DNA from: an uncultured Pelagibacteraceae bacterium
GTDB lineage: Bacteria; Pseudomonadota; Alphaproteobacteria; Pelagibacterales; Pelagibacteraceae
Reading direction: 5' to 3'
Assembly: GCA_902604305.1 (NCBI GenBank)
Contig: CACKXS010000002.1
Span: forward strand, 24,548-88,547
Length of the DNA stretch: 64,000 nucleotides
The notes beneath the pieces are model-generated. The model worked only from the letters and a program-made list of their open reading frames with translations. It was not told where the DNA came from and ran no database searches. Both the position numbers and the translations under genes were made by a program. This document shows, one piece after another, positions 21,781 to 31,608 of this stretch. Each line of letters begins with the position of its first letter. Within the stretch, counting starts at the first letter, position 1.

Positions 21781-22407
21781 ATGAACGTCACAATTGTTGA
21801 TTATAATTCGGGTAATATAAGCTCGGTAATAAACTCCTTTGAGGAAATTGCGAAAGATAAAGTAAACATTGAAGTAACTTCAGATTTAAACAAGATTAAA
21901 TCTTCTGATAAAGTTGTTTTGCCAGGGCAAGGTTCGTTTAAAAGTTGTGTTGATGCGCTTAATAATATCAACGGTTTAGTTGATACATTAAGTGAATTTG
22001 CAATTATCAAAAAAAAACCACTTCTTGGAATTTGTGTTGGTTTACAAATGTTTGCAGATATTGGTTACGAAGAAACTGAAACAAAAGGTCTGGGCTGGAT
22101 TTCAGGCAAAGTATCAAAAATAGATAATCAAAATGGCAAATATAAACTTCCTCACATTGGATGGAATGAAATAAATATTGTTAAAGAAAGTAAGATTTTT
22201 AAAAATATAAAAAATAATTCTCATATGTATTTCGTGCATAGTTATGAATTTATTCCAGAAGATAAAAATATAATTTCTGCAACAACAGATTATTCATCAA
22301 ACATTGTTTGTTCTGTTGAAAAAGAAAATATTTTTGGCACACAATTTCATCCCGAAAAGAGTGATAAGATTGGATTAAAAATAATTTATAACTTTATAAA
22401 TTTATAA
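21781..22407 (+). CDS. hisH: IGP synthase glutamine amidotransferase subunit
   Basis: LPGQG, GICVGLQ, PHIGWN, YFVHSY, QFHPEKS. Confidence 0.97.
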   Translation: MNVTIVDYNSGNISSVINSFEEIAKDKVNIEVTSDLNKIKSSDKVVLPGQGSFKSCVDALNNINGLVDTLSEFAIIKKKPLLGICVGLQMFADIGYEETETKGLGWISGKVSKIDNQNGKYKLPHIGWNEINIVKESKIFKNIKNNSHMYFVHSYEFIPEDKNIISATTDYSSNIVCSVEKENIFGTQFHPEKSDKIGLKIIYNFINL

Positions 22408-22409
22408 AG

Positions 22410-23126
22410 ATGAAAATATTTCCAGCAATAGACATAAAAGATAAGAAGTGCGTGAGATTAGTCAAAGGAGACTTTGATAATAAAACTGAATATGAAATGT
22501 CTCCAGTTGAACAAGCTGGCAAATATAAACACTATGGTTTTAAAAACCTACACATTGTTGATCTAGACGGGGCTTTAACTGGAATGATAGTAAATCTTAA
22601 TATTATTAAAGAAATAGTTAGTAAATTTGATCTTAAAATTGAAGTTGGTGGTGGAGTTAGAAACTTTGAAAGTATTCAAAAATATATAGATGCTGGTGTT
22701 GAAAAAGTTATTCTAGGAAGTGCAGCTATAAAAGATAAAAACTTCTTGAAAAAAGCCTGTGAAAAATATCCAAATAAAATTGCTCTAGGCTTAGATGCTA
22801 AAGATGGGTATTTGTCAGTATCTGGATGGAAAGAAAGCTCTAATCAATTAACTTTAGATTATTTAAAAGAAGTTAACGACTATGGTGTTAGTAGATTAAT
22901 TTATACTGATATTAACAGGGATGGAATGAAACAAAGTCCAAATTTTGACGAAACAATGGAAGTTGCTGAAACATCAAATTGCCCCGTAATTATATCAGGT
23001 GGTGTTTTATCAATAGACGACATTAAAAAAGCGAAGAATTTAAAAAATGTTGAAGGTATAATAGTTGGTAAAGCTATTTATGATGGTGATATTCAATTAG
23101 AAGAACTGGTGAAAGAAGATGCTTAA
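22410..23126 (+). CDS. hisA: ProFAR isomerase
   Basis: [26 protein letters not shown]. Confidence 0.97.
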   Translation: MKIFPAIDIKDKKCVRLVKGDFDNKTEYEMSPVEQAGKYKHYGFKNLHIVDLDGALTGMIVNLNIIKEIVSKFDLKIEVGGGVRNFESIQKYIDAGVEKVILGSAAIKDKNFLKKACEKYPNKIALGLDAKDGYLSVSGWKESSNQLTLDYLKEVNDYGVSRLIYTDINRDGMKQSPNFDETMEVAETSNCPVIISGGVLSIDDIKKAKNLKNVEGIIVGKAIYDGDIQLEELVKEDA

Positions 23127-23874
23127 AAATAGAATAATACCTTGTTTAGACGTTAAAAATGGTCGTGTAGTTAAGGGAATTAACTTTGTACATTTGAAAG
23201 ATGCAGGTGATCCAGTTGAACAAGCTAAAATTTACTCTGATGGAGGAGCTGATGAGATTTGTTTTTTAGATATAACCGCTTCAAATGAAAATAGAGATAC
23301 TATTTATGACGTAGTAGAAAAAACTTCAAAAAAATGTTTTGTTCCTTTGACTGTTGGAGGTGGAGTTAGAAGTGTTGAAGATATTTCCAAACTTCTTAAA
23401 TGTGGTGCTGATAAAGTTTCAATAAATACTGCCGCTGTTCAAAATTCAAAAGTAGTCGCGGAAAGTTCAAAAAAATTTGGTTCACAGTGTATCGTGGTAG
23501 CAATTGATGCTAAATTAAATGGAGATAAATGGGAGGTTTTTACTCATGGCGGAAGAAACAATACAGGTATTGATGCATTAGAATTTGCAAAAAAAATGGA
23601 AGAAAACGGTGCGGGGGAGTTATTAGTAACCTCTATGGATAGAGATGGAACTCAGGTTGGTTATGATATTGATTTAATGTCTAAGATCTCATCAAAAGTA
23701 AATATTCCAGTAATTGCATCAGGTGGAGTAGGTAATTTAGATCATTTAGTTGATGGAATTAAACTCGGAAAAGCTAGCGCAGTTTTGGCCGCATCTATAT
23801 TTCACTACGGTAAATTTTCTGTTAAAGAGGCTAAAGAATATTTGAAAACAAAAGGGATTCCAGTTAGGATTTAG
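23119..23874 (+). CDS. hisF: IGP synthase cyclase subunit
   Basis: [35 protein letters not shown]. Confidence 0.98.
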   Translation: MLKNRIIPCLDVKNGRVVKGINFVHLKDAGDPVEQAKIYSDGGADEICFLDITASNENRDTIYDVVEKTSKKCFVPLTVGGGVRSVEDISKLLKCGADKVSINTAAVQNSKVVAESSKKFGSQCIVVAIDAKLNGDKWEVFTHGGRNNTGIDALEFAKKMEENGAGELLVTSMDRDGTQVGYDIDLMSKISSKVNIPVIASGGVGNLDHLVDGIKLGKASAVLAASIFHYGKFSVKEAKEYLKTKGIPVRI

Positions 23875-23875
23875 T

Positions 23876-24148
23876 ATGCTTAATACACTAGAAAGTTTAT
23901 TTAAACTTGCAAGAGATAGAAAAAATAATCCAGTCGAGGGTTCTTATACCAATAAACTTTTAAGCAATAAATCTTTAAGTAAAGAAAAAGTTTTAGAAGA
24001 AATAAATGAATTAATTGAAGCTGTAGAAAAAAATTCAAATAAAATTTACGAAGCTGCAGATGTTTTTTATCATTTGATAATGTATTTAGAGGCAAATAAT
24101 ATTAAAATTGAAGAAGTAATGGAAGAGTTAAATAAAAGAAAAAAATGA
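23876..24148 (+). CDS. hisE: Phosphoribosyl-ATP pyrophosphatase
   Basis: SYTNKLL, KVLEE, EAADVFYH. Confidence 0.92.
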   Translation: MLNTLESLFKLARDRKNNPVEGSYTNKLLSNKSLSKEKVLEEINELIEAVEKNSNKIYEAADVFYHLIMYLEANNIKIEEVMEELNKRKK

Positions 24149-24513
24149 GTTACGACAATAATAATATTTTTGCAAAAATACTTAGAGGAGAAATTCCTTG
24201 TAAAAAAATTTATGAAGATCAATTTGTTTTATCTTTTCATGATATAAATCCACAAAAAAAAATTCATGCACTAGTTATTCCAAAAGGTAAATACGTTGAT
24301 CTTGATGATTTTAGCCAAAATGCTTCACCAGAGGAAATGGTTGGACTATTAAAAGGAATAAATTCTGTAGCAAAAAAACTTGGCATCTCCGTTAATACTG
24401 GTAAAGGATATAGAGCCTTAGCAAATATAAGCGAAGATGGAGGACAAGAGGTGCCTCATTTGCATTTTCATCTATTTGGTGGTGAAAAAGTTGGAAAAAT
24501 GGTTAGTGAATAG
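24145..24513 (+). CDS. hinT: HIT family nucleotide hydrolase
   Basis: NIFAKILRGEIP, GQEVPHLHFH. Confidence 0.93.
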   Translation: MSYDNNNIFAKILRGEIPCKKIYEDQFVLSFHDINPQKKIHALVIPKGKYVDLDDFSQNASPEEMVGLLKGINSVAKKLGISVNTGKGYRALANISEDGGQEVPHLHFHLFGGEKVGKMVSE

Positions 24514-25015
24514 TCAAGTTAAAAGAAATTATTTAGAAATCAATTCTATAAATGAATTAATCGAAAAAGAAAAACCACTACATAATTTATATTTATACAA
24601 AGTTGATCCACCAGATTTTCAATTAAATAAGTTTTTCTATAAAGAAATAGGTAAAAAACATAGATGGGTAGATAGATTAATTTGGACTGACAAAACATGG
24701 GATAACTATTTAAATAAAAATGGAGTTAATACCTACGTTTTAAAGCATGAACAGGATCTTGTAGGATATTTTGAACAAAATTATTATAATGGTGAATCAA
24801 ATTGTGAAATTGCATATTTTGGAATTCTAGAAGAATATATTGGAAAGAAATTAGGTGGCTATTTATTATCAGAGGCAATTAAAAAATCATTTGAAATTGG
24901 GTCAAAAAGAGTTTGGGTGCACACTTGTTCATTAGATCATAAAAATGCATTAAAAAATTATATTTCAAGAGGGATGAAAATATTTAAGTCAGAATTAATT
25001 AATGTAAGTTTATAA
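24506..25015 (+). CDS. GNAT family acetyltransferase
   Basis: YFGILEEYIGKKLGGYLL, VWVHTCSLDH; likely GTG start overlapping the hinT stop. Confidence 0.85.
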   Translation: MNSQVKRNYLEINSINELIEKEKPLHNLYLYKVDPPDFQLNKFFYKEIGKKHRWVDRLIWTDKTWDNYLNKNGVNTYVLKHEQDLVGYFEQNYYNGESNCEIAYFGILEEYIGKKLGGYLLSEAIKKSFEIGSKRVWVHTCSLDHKNALKNYISRGMKIFKSELINVSL

Positions 25016-25017
25016 AA

Positions 25018-25566
25018 TTAAGGAAGTCTAAAAATTTTTTTATCAATTTTATTATTTTTTTTTATGTTATAAATATAAGTAACAGCAAGATTTTGATATA
25101 AATCTTCTGTTTGCCAACCAACTAAATCATTAGAATTTTTATCAAAAAAAATATTTATTTTATGATCTTTATTTTTAAGACTAAAATTATAGTATTTATT
25201 GTTAATTATTTTTTCTTCTGAATTTATAATTTCACTTAGCAAAAAATCTTTATCTAAAAGCAAATTTAAAGGAGTTTTTATTAAAGGATATATAAATGAT
25301 TGATTTGTTGTTTGGTTTTTGATTACAAGAGATTTACCATTTGATACAATTATTTTTTTTTTAAAATTATTATAAGAGCAATAAATTTTTTTGGGGTATT
25401 GAATAGTACAAGTACCCTCTTCCATTTTATCATCGACAGTTTGCTTAAAATCAAAACTTATATTTTTTATTTTTTTTAAATTAATAATTATTTCATTTTT
25501 GGTAGATGCTTTAACAATATTAGTAATATTAAAAATTATTAAAATAATAATAATTTTTTTAATCAT
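25018..25566 (-). CDS. lolA: Outer-membrane lipoprotein carrier LolA
   Basis: Signal peptide, FKQT, IVSNGK, TPLNLLL; downstream of ftsK. Confidence 0.82.
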   Translation of the reverse strand: MIKKIIIILIIFNITNIVKASTKNEIIINLKKIKNISFDFKQTVDDKMEEGTCTIQYPKKIYCSYNNFKKKIIVSNGKSLVIKNQTTNQSFIYPLIKTPLNLLLDKDFLLSEIINSEEKIINNKYYNFSLKNKDHKINIFFDKNSNDLVGWQTEDLYQNLAVTYIYNIKKNNKIDKKIFRLP

Positions 25567-27650
25567 TTAAGAACATCTCTTTTCCCCACATGATTTGCTT
25601 TACTTACTTCACCATTAGCTTCCATCATATCAATTATTCTGGCTGCCCTGTTATAACCAATTTGTAATTTTCTTTGTAAAAAAGATGTAGAAGCTTTTCC
25701 TTCAGATTTTATAATTTCTAATGCAGCACTATATAATTCATCTTGATTTTCATTATCTGATAAATTTGAATTAGCTTCCTTTTCATCAGCAAAATTTAAT
25801 ATTTCATCTACATAGTCAGGTTCAGCTTGTGATCTTAAAAAATTATTTATTTTTTCAATTTCATTTTCAGAAACATATGGAGCATGAATTCTCACTATTT
25901 TATTTGCTGAGGACATATAAAGCATATCACCCTTTCCAAGAAGTTGTTCTGCACCCTGCTCTCCTAGAATTGTTCTACTATCTATTTTTGATGTAACTTG
26001 AAAAGATATTCTGGTAGGAAAATTAGCTTTAATTGTTCCTGTTATTACGTCCACACTTGGTCTTTGAGTTGCCATTATAATGTGAATTCCCGCAGCTCTT
26101 GCCATTTGAGATAATTTTTGAATATATCCTTCAATTTCTTTTCCAGCCACTAACATAAGATCAGACATTTCATCCACAATCACAACTATATAAGGCATAG
26201 GGAGTTTGTGTTTTGAGTTATACCCATCTATATTTCTCACACCTTCTTTTGTCATTAGTCTGTATCTACTTTCCATTTCTTTAACTACCCACCCTAAAAC
26301 AGAAGCAGCTCTTTTTGCTTCAGTAATAACTGGACATAAAAGATGAGGTATTCCTTCGTATGTAGACAGCTCTAACATCTTAGGATCAATAAGAATAAAT
26401 TTACATTTTTCAGGGGTATGTTTGTACAACAGAGATAAAATAATTGTGTTAATACAAACTGACTTACCTGATCCAGTTGTACCAGCAATTAGTAAGTGAG
26501 GCATAGAAGTCAAATCACCAACTATTGGTAAACCTGAAATACTTTTCCCAAGCGCAATTGGAAGTTTAATTTCTTTTTTTAAAAAATTAGTACTTGAAAT
26601 TATTTCACTTAAAAAAACATTTTCTCTTGAAGAATTAGGTAGTTCGATTCCAATTGTATTGCTTCCAGGAATTGTTGCTATTCTTGCTGATTCAGAACTT
26701 GTATTTCTTGCAATATCCTCTGATAAATTAATAATTTTAGAAACTTTTATTCCTGCCGCAGGCTCAAATTCATTTAAAGTAACTACTGGTCCGCGACTTA
26801 CCTTTTTTATTTTTCCCTCAACACCAAAATCTAAAAGAATCTTTTCTAAAATATTTTCATCAACTTTACTTTCAGATGAATTTTTCTCTCTTTCGAGTTT
26901 TGTTTGTAGTTTTAAAAAATCTACTGAAGGTAATTTAAATTTATATTTAATTTTTTCATCTTTGGGACTTTTATCAAATGGTAGATCTTCTTGAGTTAAT
27001 TTTTCATTAACTGTTAATTCAGACTCTCTTTGGAAATTATCTAAATTTTCTGTTTCATTTTTTTTAGTATTATTTATTTTGATAAATAAATTTTTAAATA
27101 AATTTTTTAAAAAATAAAGACTAAAATTAATGCTTATTAAAAATGAAAATAAAATTAAAATTATTAGAAAATAATAAGATATACTTTTATTTAAATTTAT
27201 TATATTTATAAAAAAACTTTCTTGAAAAAAAATTCCAACAAATCCACCATTACCATTAATTGGAAGCCAGAAAGAGTTTGTATAAAAAATAGTAAAAAAA
27301 ATTGAACCTAAAATAATGTAAACTATTGAATAAAAAATATTTTCTACTATTACCAAAAAATTTTTATTTTTAATAAGATTAACGCCAGTAAAAAATATAG
27401 TAAAAGATACCAAGAAAGAAATTAAGCCAATTGATTGAAAAAACAAATCTGAAGTATAACTTCCTTTAAAACCAAGCAAGTTTTTAAATTCTGATTTTTC
27501 TGAAAAAACAAAATTTGGATCATCAGGTGAATAGCTAACGAGAGCAATAAATAATAAAATTGATAAACAGATTAATAAAATACCTGTAATTTCAGCAAGC
27601 CTTTTAATAGTAAAATCAAGGGTTTTTTTACTCAAACTTTTTATATTCAT
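25563..27650 (-). CDS. ftsK: DNA translocase FtsK
   Basis: N-terminal TM domain; PHLLIAGTTGSGKS, IDPK, ATQRPS, gamma domain LQIGYNRAA; start at 27650 or 27683. Confidence 0.97.
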   Translation of the reverse strand: MNIKSLSKKTLDFTIKRLAEITGILLICLSILLFIALVSYSPDDPNFVFSEKSEFKNLLGFKGSYTSDLFFQSIGLISFLVSFTIFFTGVNLIKNKNFLVIVENIFYSIVYIILGSIFFTIFYTNSFWLPINGNGGFVGIFFQESFFINIINLNKSISYYFLIILILFSFLISINFSLYFLKNLFKNLFIKINNTKKNETENLDNFQRESELTVNEKLTQEDLPFDKSPKDEKIKYKFKLPSVDFLKLQTKLEREKNSSESKVDENILEKILLDFGVEGKIKKVSRGPVVTLNEFEPAAGIKVSKIINLSEDIARNTSSESARIATIPGSNTIGIELPNSSRENVFLSEIISSTNFLKKEIKLPIALGKSISGLPIVGDLTSMPHLLIAGTTGSGKSVCINTIILSLLYKHTPEKCKFILIDPKMLELSTYEGIPHLLCPVITEAKRAASVLGWVVKEMESRYRLMTKEGVRNIDGYNSKHKLPMPYIVVIVDEMSDLMLVAGKEIEGYIQKLSQMARAAGIHIIMATQRPSVDVITGTIKANFPTRISFQVTSKIDSRTILGEQGAEQLLGKGDMLYMSSANKIVRIHAPYVSENEIEKINNFLRSQAEPDYVDEILNFADEKEANSNLSDNENQDELYSAALEIIKSEGKASTSFLQRKLQIGYNRAARIIDMMEANGEVSKANHVGKRDVLK

Positions 27651-27715
27651 TTTAAATAAATCTATTTTGTAGCTTTGTATCATTTAAAATTTATTGTTAA
27701 AATTAAATTTTAATT

Positions 27716-28804
27716 ATGAATATATGTTTAATTGGCAATGGTGTTGCAACGTATATATTGGCTACTATTTTAGCTAATAGAAATATTAAAGTATCTATAT
27801 TTGAAGAAATACAAATAACAAGAAAATCAGTAACTAGAACTTTAAGTTTATCAAAAAATAATATTGATTATTTAAAAAAAGAAAAAATAAATATATATAA
27901 AAAATCTTGGCCAATAAACAAAATTAAAATTTATACAGAAAAAGAAAATAATAAAGAAATATTGAATTTTGGATCAAATAAAAAAGAAATTTTTTTTATT
28001 ATAAAACATGAAGAGTTATTTAATACTTTAAATAAAAGTATAAAAAAAAATAAGTTAATAAAAAAAAATAAAATTATTAATGATTCTTTTTTTAAATCAA
28101 TTATTGATGAAAAAAATAGCTATGATTTAATTATAAATCTTAATCAAAAAAATAAAATATCTAAAGAAATATTTTTTAAAAGAGATGAAAAAAATTATGA
28201 TAGCACAGCGTTTACTACATTAATAAATCATAATAAAATTGAGAACAATATGGCACAACAAATATTTACTAAACTTGGACCATTGGCATTTTTACCTTGT
28301 TCAGAAAATCAGACTTCAGTTGTATATTCAAGGTTAAATAAAAATACAGACAATAAAAATATTAAAGAACTTATTTTATATTTTAATAAAAAGTATAAAA
28401 TAAAATCATTTTCAAAGTTTGAAAAATTTAAATTAAAAAGCTCATTATTAAAAAATTATTACTATAAAAAAATTTTGTGTTTTGGTGATAACTTACATAA
28501 AATTCATCCATTGGCTGGACAAGGACTTAACATGACAATTAGAGATATAAAAATATTATCTGACTTAATAGATTTTAGAATTAGTCTTGGACTTCCAATT
28601 GATAGTTCAATTTCAAAAGAGTTCGAAAATAAAACCAAACATTATAATTATATATTTTCTGGAACAATAGATTTTATTCATGACTTTTTTAAATTTGATA
28701 ATAATTTTAATAATAAGTATTCGACAAAATTATTTAGTTTTTTAGAAAAAAATGATTTATTTAAGAAATATACAAAAAAATTTGCAGATAAAGGAATTTT
28801 CTAA
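27716..28804 (+). CDS. UbiH/UbiL-like FAD-dependent hydroxylase
   Basis: GPLAFLP, GDNLHKIHPLAGQGLN; degenerate N-terminal Rossmann motif. Confidence 0.8.
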   Translation: MNICLIGNGVATYILATILANRNIKVSIFEEIQITRKSVTRTLSLSKNNIDYLKKEKINIYKKSWPINKIKIYTEKENNKEILNFGSNKKEIFFIIKHEELFNTLNKSIKKNKLIKKNKIINDSFFKSIIDEKNSYDLIINLNQKNKISKEIFFKRDEKNYDSTAFTTLINHNKIENNMAQQIFTKLGPLAFLPCSENQTSVVYSRLNKNTDNKNIKELILYFNKKYKIKSFSKFEKFKLKSSLLKNYYYKKILCFGDNLHKIHPLAGQGLNMTIRDIKILSDLIDFRISLGLPIDSSISKEFENKTKHYNYIFSGTIDFIHDFFKFDNNFNNKYSTKLFSFLEKNDLFKKYTKKFADKGIF

Positions 28805-29449
28805 TTATTGAATTGTATTATTACTGAAGTTATCAACAACATAAGTTGATAATATTTCTTCTAATTTTTTCTTTCTTTCACTTATATTTGATGTTTCTAA
28901 AAGTACTTGTTTTTCTTCTAATGTAAATGGTGAAGCCATTGAAAGTGTATTAATAGTTTGATCTAGATTTTGCTTCTCAATATCTTTCCAATTTATTACA
29001 TATCCTTGTTTAGTTAATAGTGATTTTATATCTTTAAATATTAATTTAAGATCAGAAAATTTTAAGTCTTCTTTTTCTTCTACCAAGTCATTTTTGAATT
29101 CATCAAAATTTACAGAATACTCTCTGTAAAGTTTTTTATTATCTATCTCATCAATTATTCTAAAACGACTAATGCCAACTAATACAATTAAATATCGTCC
29201 ATCTTCTGTTTCGTTAAAACTGGTAATTTTGCCAGCACAACCAATATTATAAAGAATTTTATTATTTTGATTGTATTTTTTAGGCTGTATCATACCTATT
29301 ATTCTGTCGCTTTTCATTGCATCGTCAACCATATCAATATATCTAGGTTCAAAAATATTTAGAGGTACGGTTGTTCTTGGAAAAATTATAAAATTAGATA
29401 ATGGAAAAACAGGTATTTTATTTGGAAACTGATCAATTTTTTTTTTCAT
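28805..29449 (-). CDS. LON peptidase N-terminal domain protein
   Basis: IPVFPL, PLNIFEPRY, GCAGKI, DGRYLI, EKQVLLE. Confidence 0.9.
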   Translation of the reverse strand: MKKKIDQFPNKIPVFPLSNFIIFPRTTVPLNIFEPRYIDMVDDAMKSDRIIGMIQPKKYNQNNKILYNIGCAGKITSFNETEDGRYLIVLVGISRFRIIDEIDNKKLYREYSVNFDEFKNDLVEEKEDLKFSDLKLIFKDIKSLLTKQGYVINWKDIEKQNLDQTINTLSMASPFTLEEKQVLLETSNISERKKKLEEILSTYVVDNFSNNTIQ

Positions 29450-29486
29450 AAATTCTAATTTAATTATTATCTTATATACTATTAAA

Positions 29487-31046
29487 ATGGATAAAAACTT
29501 AGAATTAATTCAATCTGAAATAAATAATCTAAACATTCTATCTAAAATGAATAATGTTGATGAAATAATAAAAAGATCATCAATATTAATTAAAAAATAC
29601 CCAGCAATTTATGTCTTTTATAATTTTCTTGGACATTCACTAGAAAAAAAAAATCAAATTTATGAAGCTGAAATTGTTTTTTCTAAATCTTTAGAAATTA
29701 ATCCAAAAAATATATTTGCGCTAACTAATTTAGGAAGGATATCTAGGTTAATAAATAATCTACAAAGATCTGAAAAATTATTAAAAGAGGCATTAGATTT
29801 AGAACCAGATAACTTACTTGCTCAACTATATTATGGAGAACTTAAAATAGATCAAAATAACTTTCATGATGCAATTTCTGTATTTGAAGAAATTTATAAA
29901 AAAGATAAAAATTTCCAAAACATAATTATGAAGTTAGCAAATACCTACTCTATACTTGGTGATTTCAAAAAAGCTGAAGAATATTTTTTTTCAATTTCAA
30001 AAAAAATTCCAGAACTTTTTGCGGCAGATTATAGATTAAGTAATATTATTAATTATTCAGAAAGAACTGAACATCAGAAAATAATATTGGAAAAAATTAA
30101 AAATAAAAAATTTGATAAATTTAATAAATATCCTTTGCTTTTTGCAGCTGCTAAATCTTATGAAGATCAAAAGGATTATGAAAATGCATTTAAGTATATA
30201 GATATAGCAAACAGAGAAAGAAACAAATTAACACCTGATAATCCATTAAAGTATGAAGAATATTTTTTAACTAAAAATAAGGAAATTTTTTCAAATTTTG
30301 AGATTGATAAAAATATAAATAATGATTTTTATAAAAAAAAATTAATATTTATAGTTGGACTTCCTAGATCTGGAACAACACTTATACATCAAATACTATC
30401 TGCCCATTCGGAAACATATGGAATTGGTGAGTCAATTATTTTAAACGTTTTTTTCTTTAGAAATTTAATGAATGAAAATTTTTTAAAAACATTAAAAGAG
30501 AATAAAAAAATTAATATTAAAAATTTAGTAGATATTTCTAAAAAACTTGGAAAAAAATATGATTATTTAAATTTAGATCAAGTAAAGATTGATAAAGCAC
30601 CTTCAAATTTATTTTGGATTGGTTTTATTATAACTCTTTTCCCAAATTCAAAAATAATACATATAAAAAGAAATATTAAAGATAATTGTCTATCCATTTA
30701 TAAAAATTTATTTGGGGGAAATAGAACCGAATGGACTTATGATGTAGATAATATCCAAAAATATGTAAAAATATACAGAGAAATGATGATTTTTTGGAAA
30801 AGCAAATTTGATAAAAAAATTTATGAAGTTAATTATGAAGATCTTGTTAAAAATCAATCAATTGAGATTAAAAATTTATTAGATTTTTGTAATTTAAAAT
30901 TTGAAGAAAATTGTCTTCAGCATCATAAAAGTAAAAATCCAGTTAAAACAGTCAGTATAAATCAAAGTAGAAAACCAATTTATAAAGATTCTATAGATTT
31001 AAATCTAAAATATAAAAATTTTAATAATCTTTTTAAAGATATTTAA
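29487..31046 (+). CDS. TPR-repeat sulfotransferase family protein (second paralog)
   Basis: TPR-like N-terminus; IFIVGLPRSGTTLIHQIL; DKAPSN; YEDLV; KTVSINQSRKPIY. Confidence 0.88.
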   Translation: MDKNLELIQSEINNLNILSKMNNVDEIIKRSSILIKKYPAIYVFYNFLGHSLEKKNQIYEAEIVFSKSLEINPKNIFALTNLGRISRLINNLQRSEKLLKEALDLEPDNLLAQLYYGELKIDQNNFHDAISVFEEIYKKDKNFQNIIMKLANTYSILGDFKKAEEYFFSISKKIPELFAADYRLSNIINYSERTEHQKIILEKIKNKKFDKFNKYPLLFAAAKSYEDQKDYENAFKYIDIANRERNKLTPDNPLKYEEYFLTKNKEIFSNFEIDKNINNDFYKKKLIFIVGLPRSGTTLIHQILSAHSETYGIGESIILNVFFFRNLMNENFLKTLKENKKINIKNLVDISKKLGKKYDYLNLDQVKIDKAPSNLFWIGFIITLFPNSKIIHIKRNIKDNCLSIYKNLFGGNRTEWTYDVDNIQKYVKIYREMMIFWKSKFDKKIYEVNYEDLVKNQSIEIKNLLDFCNLKFEENCLQHHKSKNPVKTVSINQSRKPIYKDSIDLNLKYKNFNNLFKDI

Positions 31047-31128
31047 TTTTAGAATAAATTTCTAAAATTATTAATAAATTAAAATTAAAAATTATTTCAG
31101 AGTAAATTATTTATTTTTAAACTATTGC

Positions 31129-31157
31129 TTGCATTTATAAAACCCTCTATTTATAAT
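31129..31157 (+). promoter_or_regulatory. Sigma70 promoter of tRNA-Gly
   Basis: TTGCAT-N17-TATAAT, ending 14 nt before the tRNA. Confidence 0.75.
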
Positions 31158-31171
31158 CATTTTTTTAATAA

Positions 31172-31246
31172 GCGGGCATAGCTCAGTGGTAGAGCGTCTC
31201 GTTGCCAACGAGAAGGTCGTGGGTTCAAGTCCCATTGCCCGCTCCA
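31172..31246 (+). tRNA. tRNA-Gly(GCC)
   Basis: Acceptor stem GCGGGCA/TGCCCGC; anticodon arm TCTCG-TTGCCAA-CGAGA; GGTTCAA T-loop; encoded CCA. Confidence 0.97.
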
Positions 31247-31263
31247 AGATAAATAAGGACGAA

Positions 31264-31608
31264 ATGAGTGATTTAGCTGACAAGAAATGTATACCCTGCG
31301 AGGGAGGTATTCCTAGCTTTGATTTAAGTGAAATTCATAAGTATTTAAAAAAAGTTGATGGTTGGGATGTAAAATCAGATGATGAAAAAACTTATTATTT
31401 AATTAAACAATTTAAATTTAATAATTTTTTAGAAAGTCAAACTTTTATTAACAAAGTAGGAGATATTGCTGAAAAAGAAGGTCATCATCCAGATATTTGG
31501 TTTGGATGGGGATATGCTAAAATTAAGATTTTTACTCATGCTATAAATGGTTTGCACGAAAGCGACTTTGTACTTGCAGCAAAGATTGATAAAGTTTCTA
31601 ATGTTTAA
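31264..31608 (+). CDS. phhB: Pterin-4a-carbinolamine dehydratase
   Basis: KCIPCEGG, EGHHPD, THAINGLHESDFVLAAKID; true start is the ATG at 31264, after the tRNA. Confidence 0.92.
   Translation: MSDLADKKCIPCEGGIPSFDLSEIHKYLKKVDGWDVKSDDEKTYYLIKQFKFNNFLESQTFINKVGDIAEKEGHHPDIWFGWGYAKIKIFTHAINGLHESDFVLAAKIDKVSNV

Noticed and set aside
29450-31260. tRNA-anchored genomic island or prophage
   Set aside because: No integrase and no duplicated tRNA 3' end seen; the accessory gene is on the tRNA 5' side
31186-31263. N-terminal extension of the phhB ORF (MVERLVANEK…)
   Set aside because: It is the tRNA-Gly sequence read in frame; the real start is the ATG at 31264
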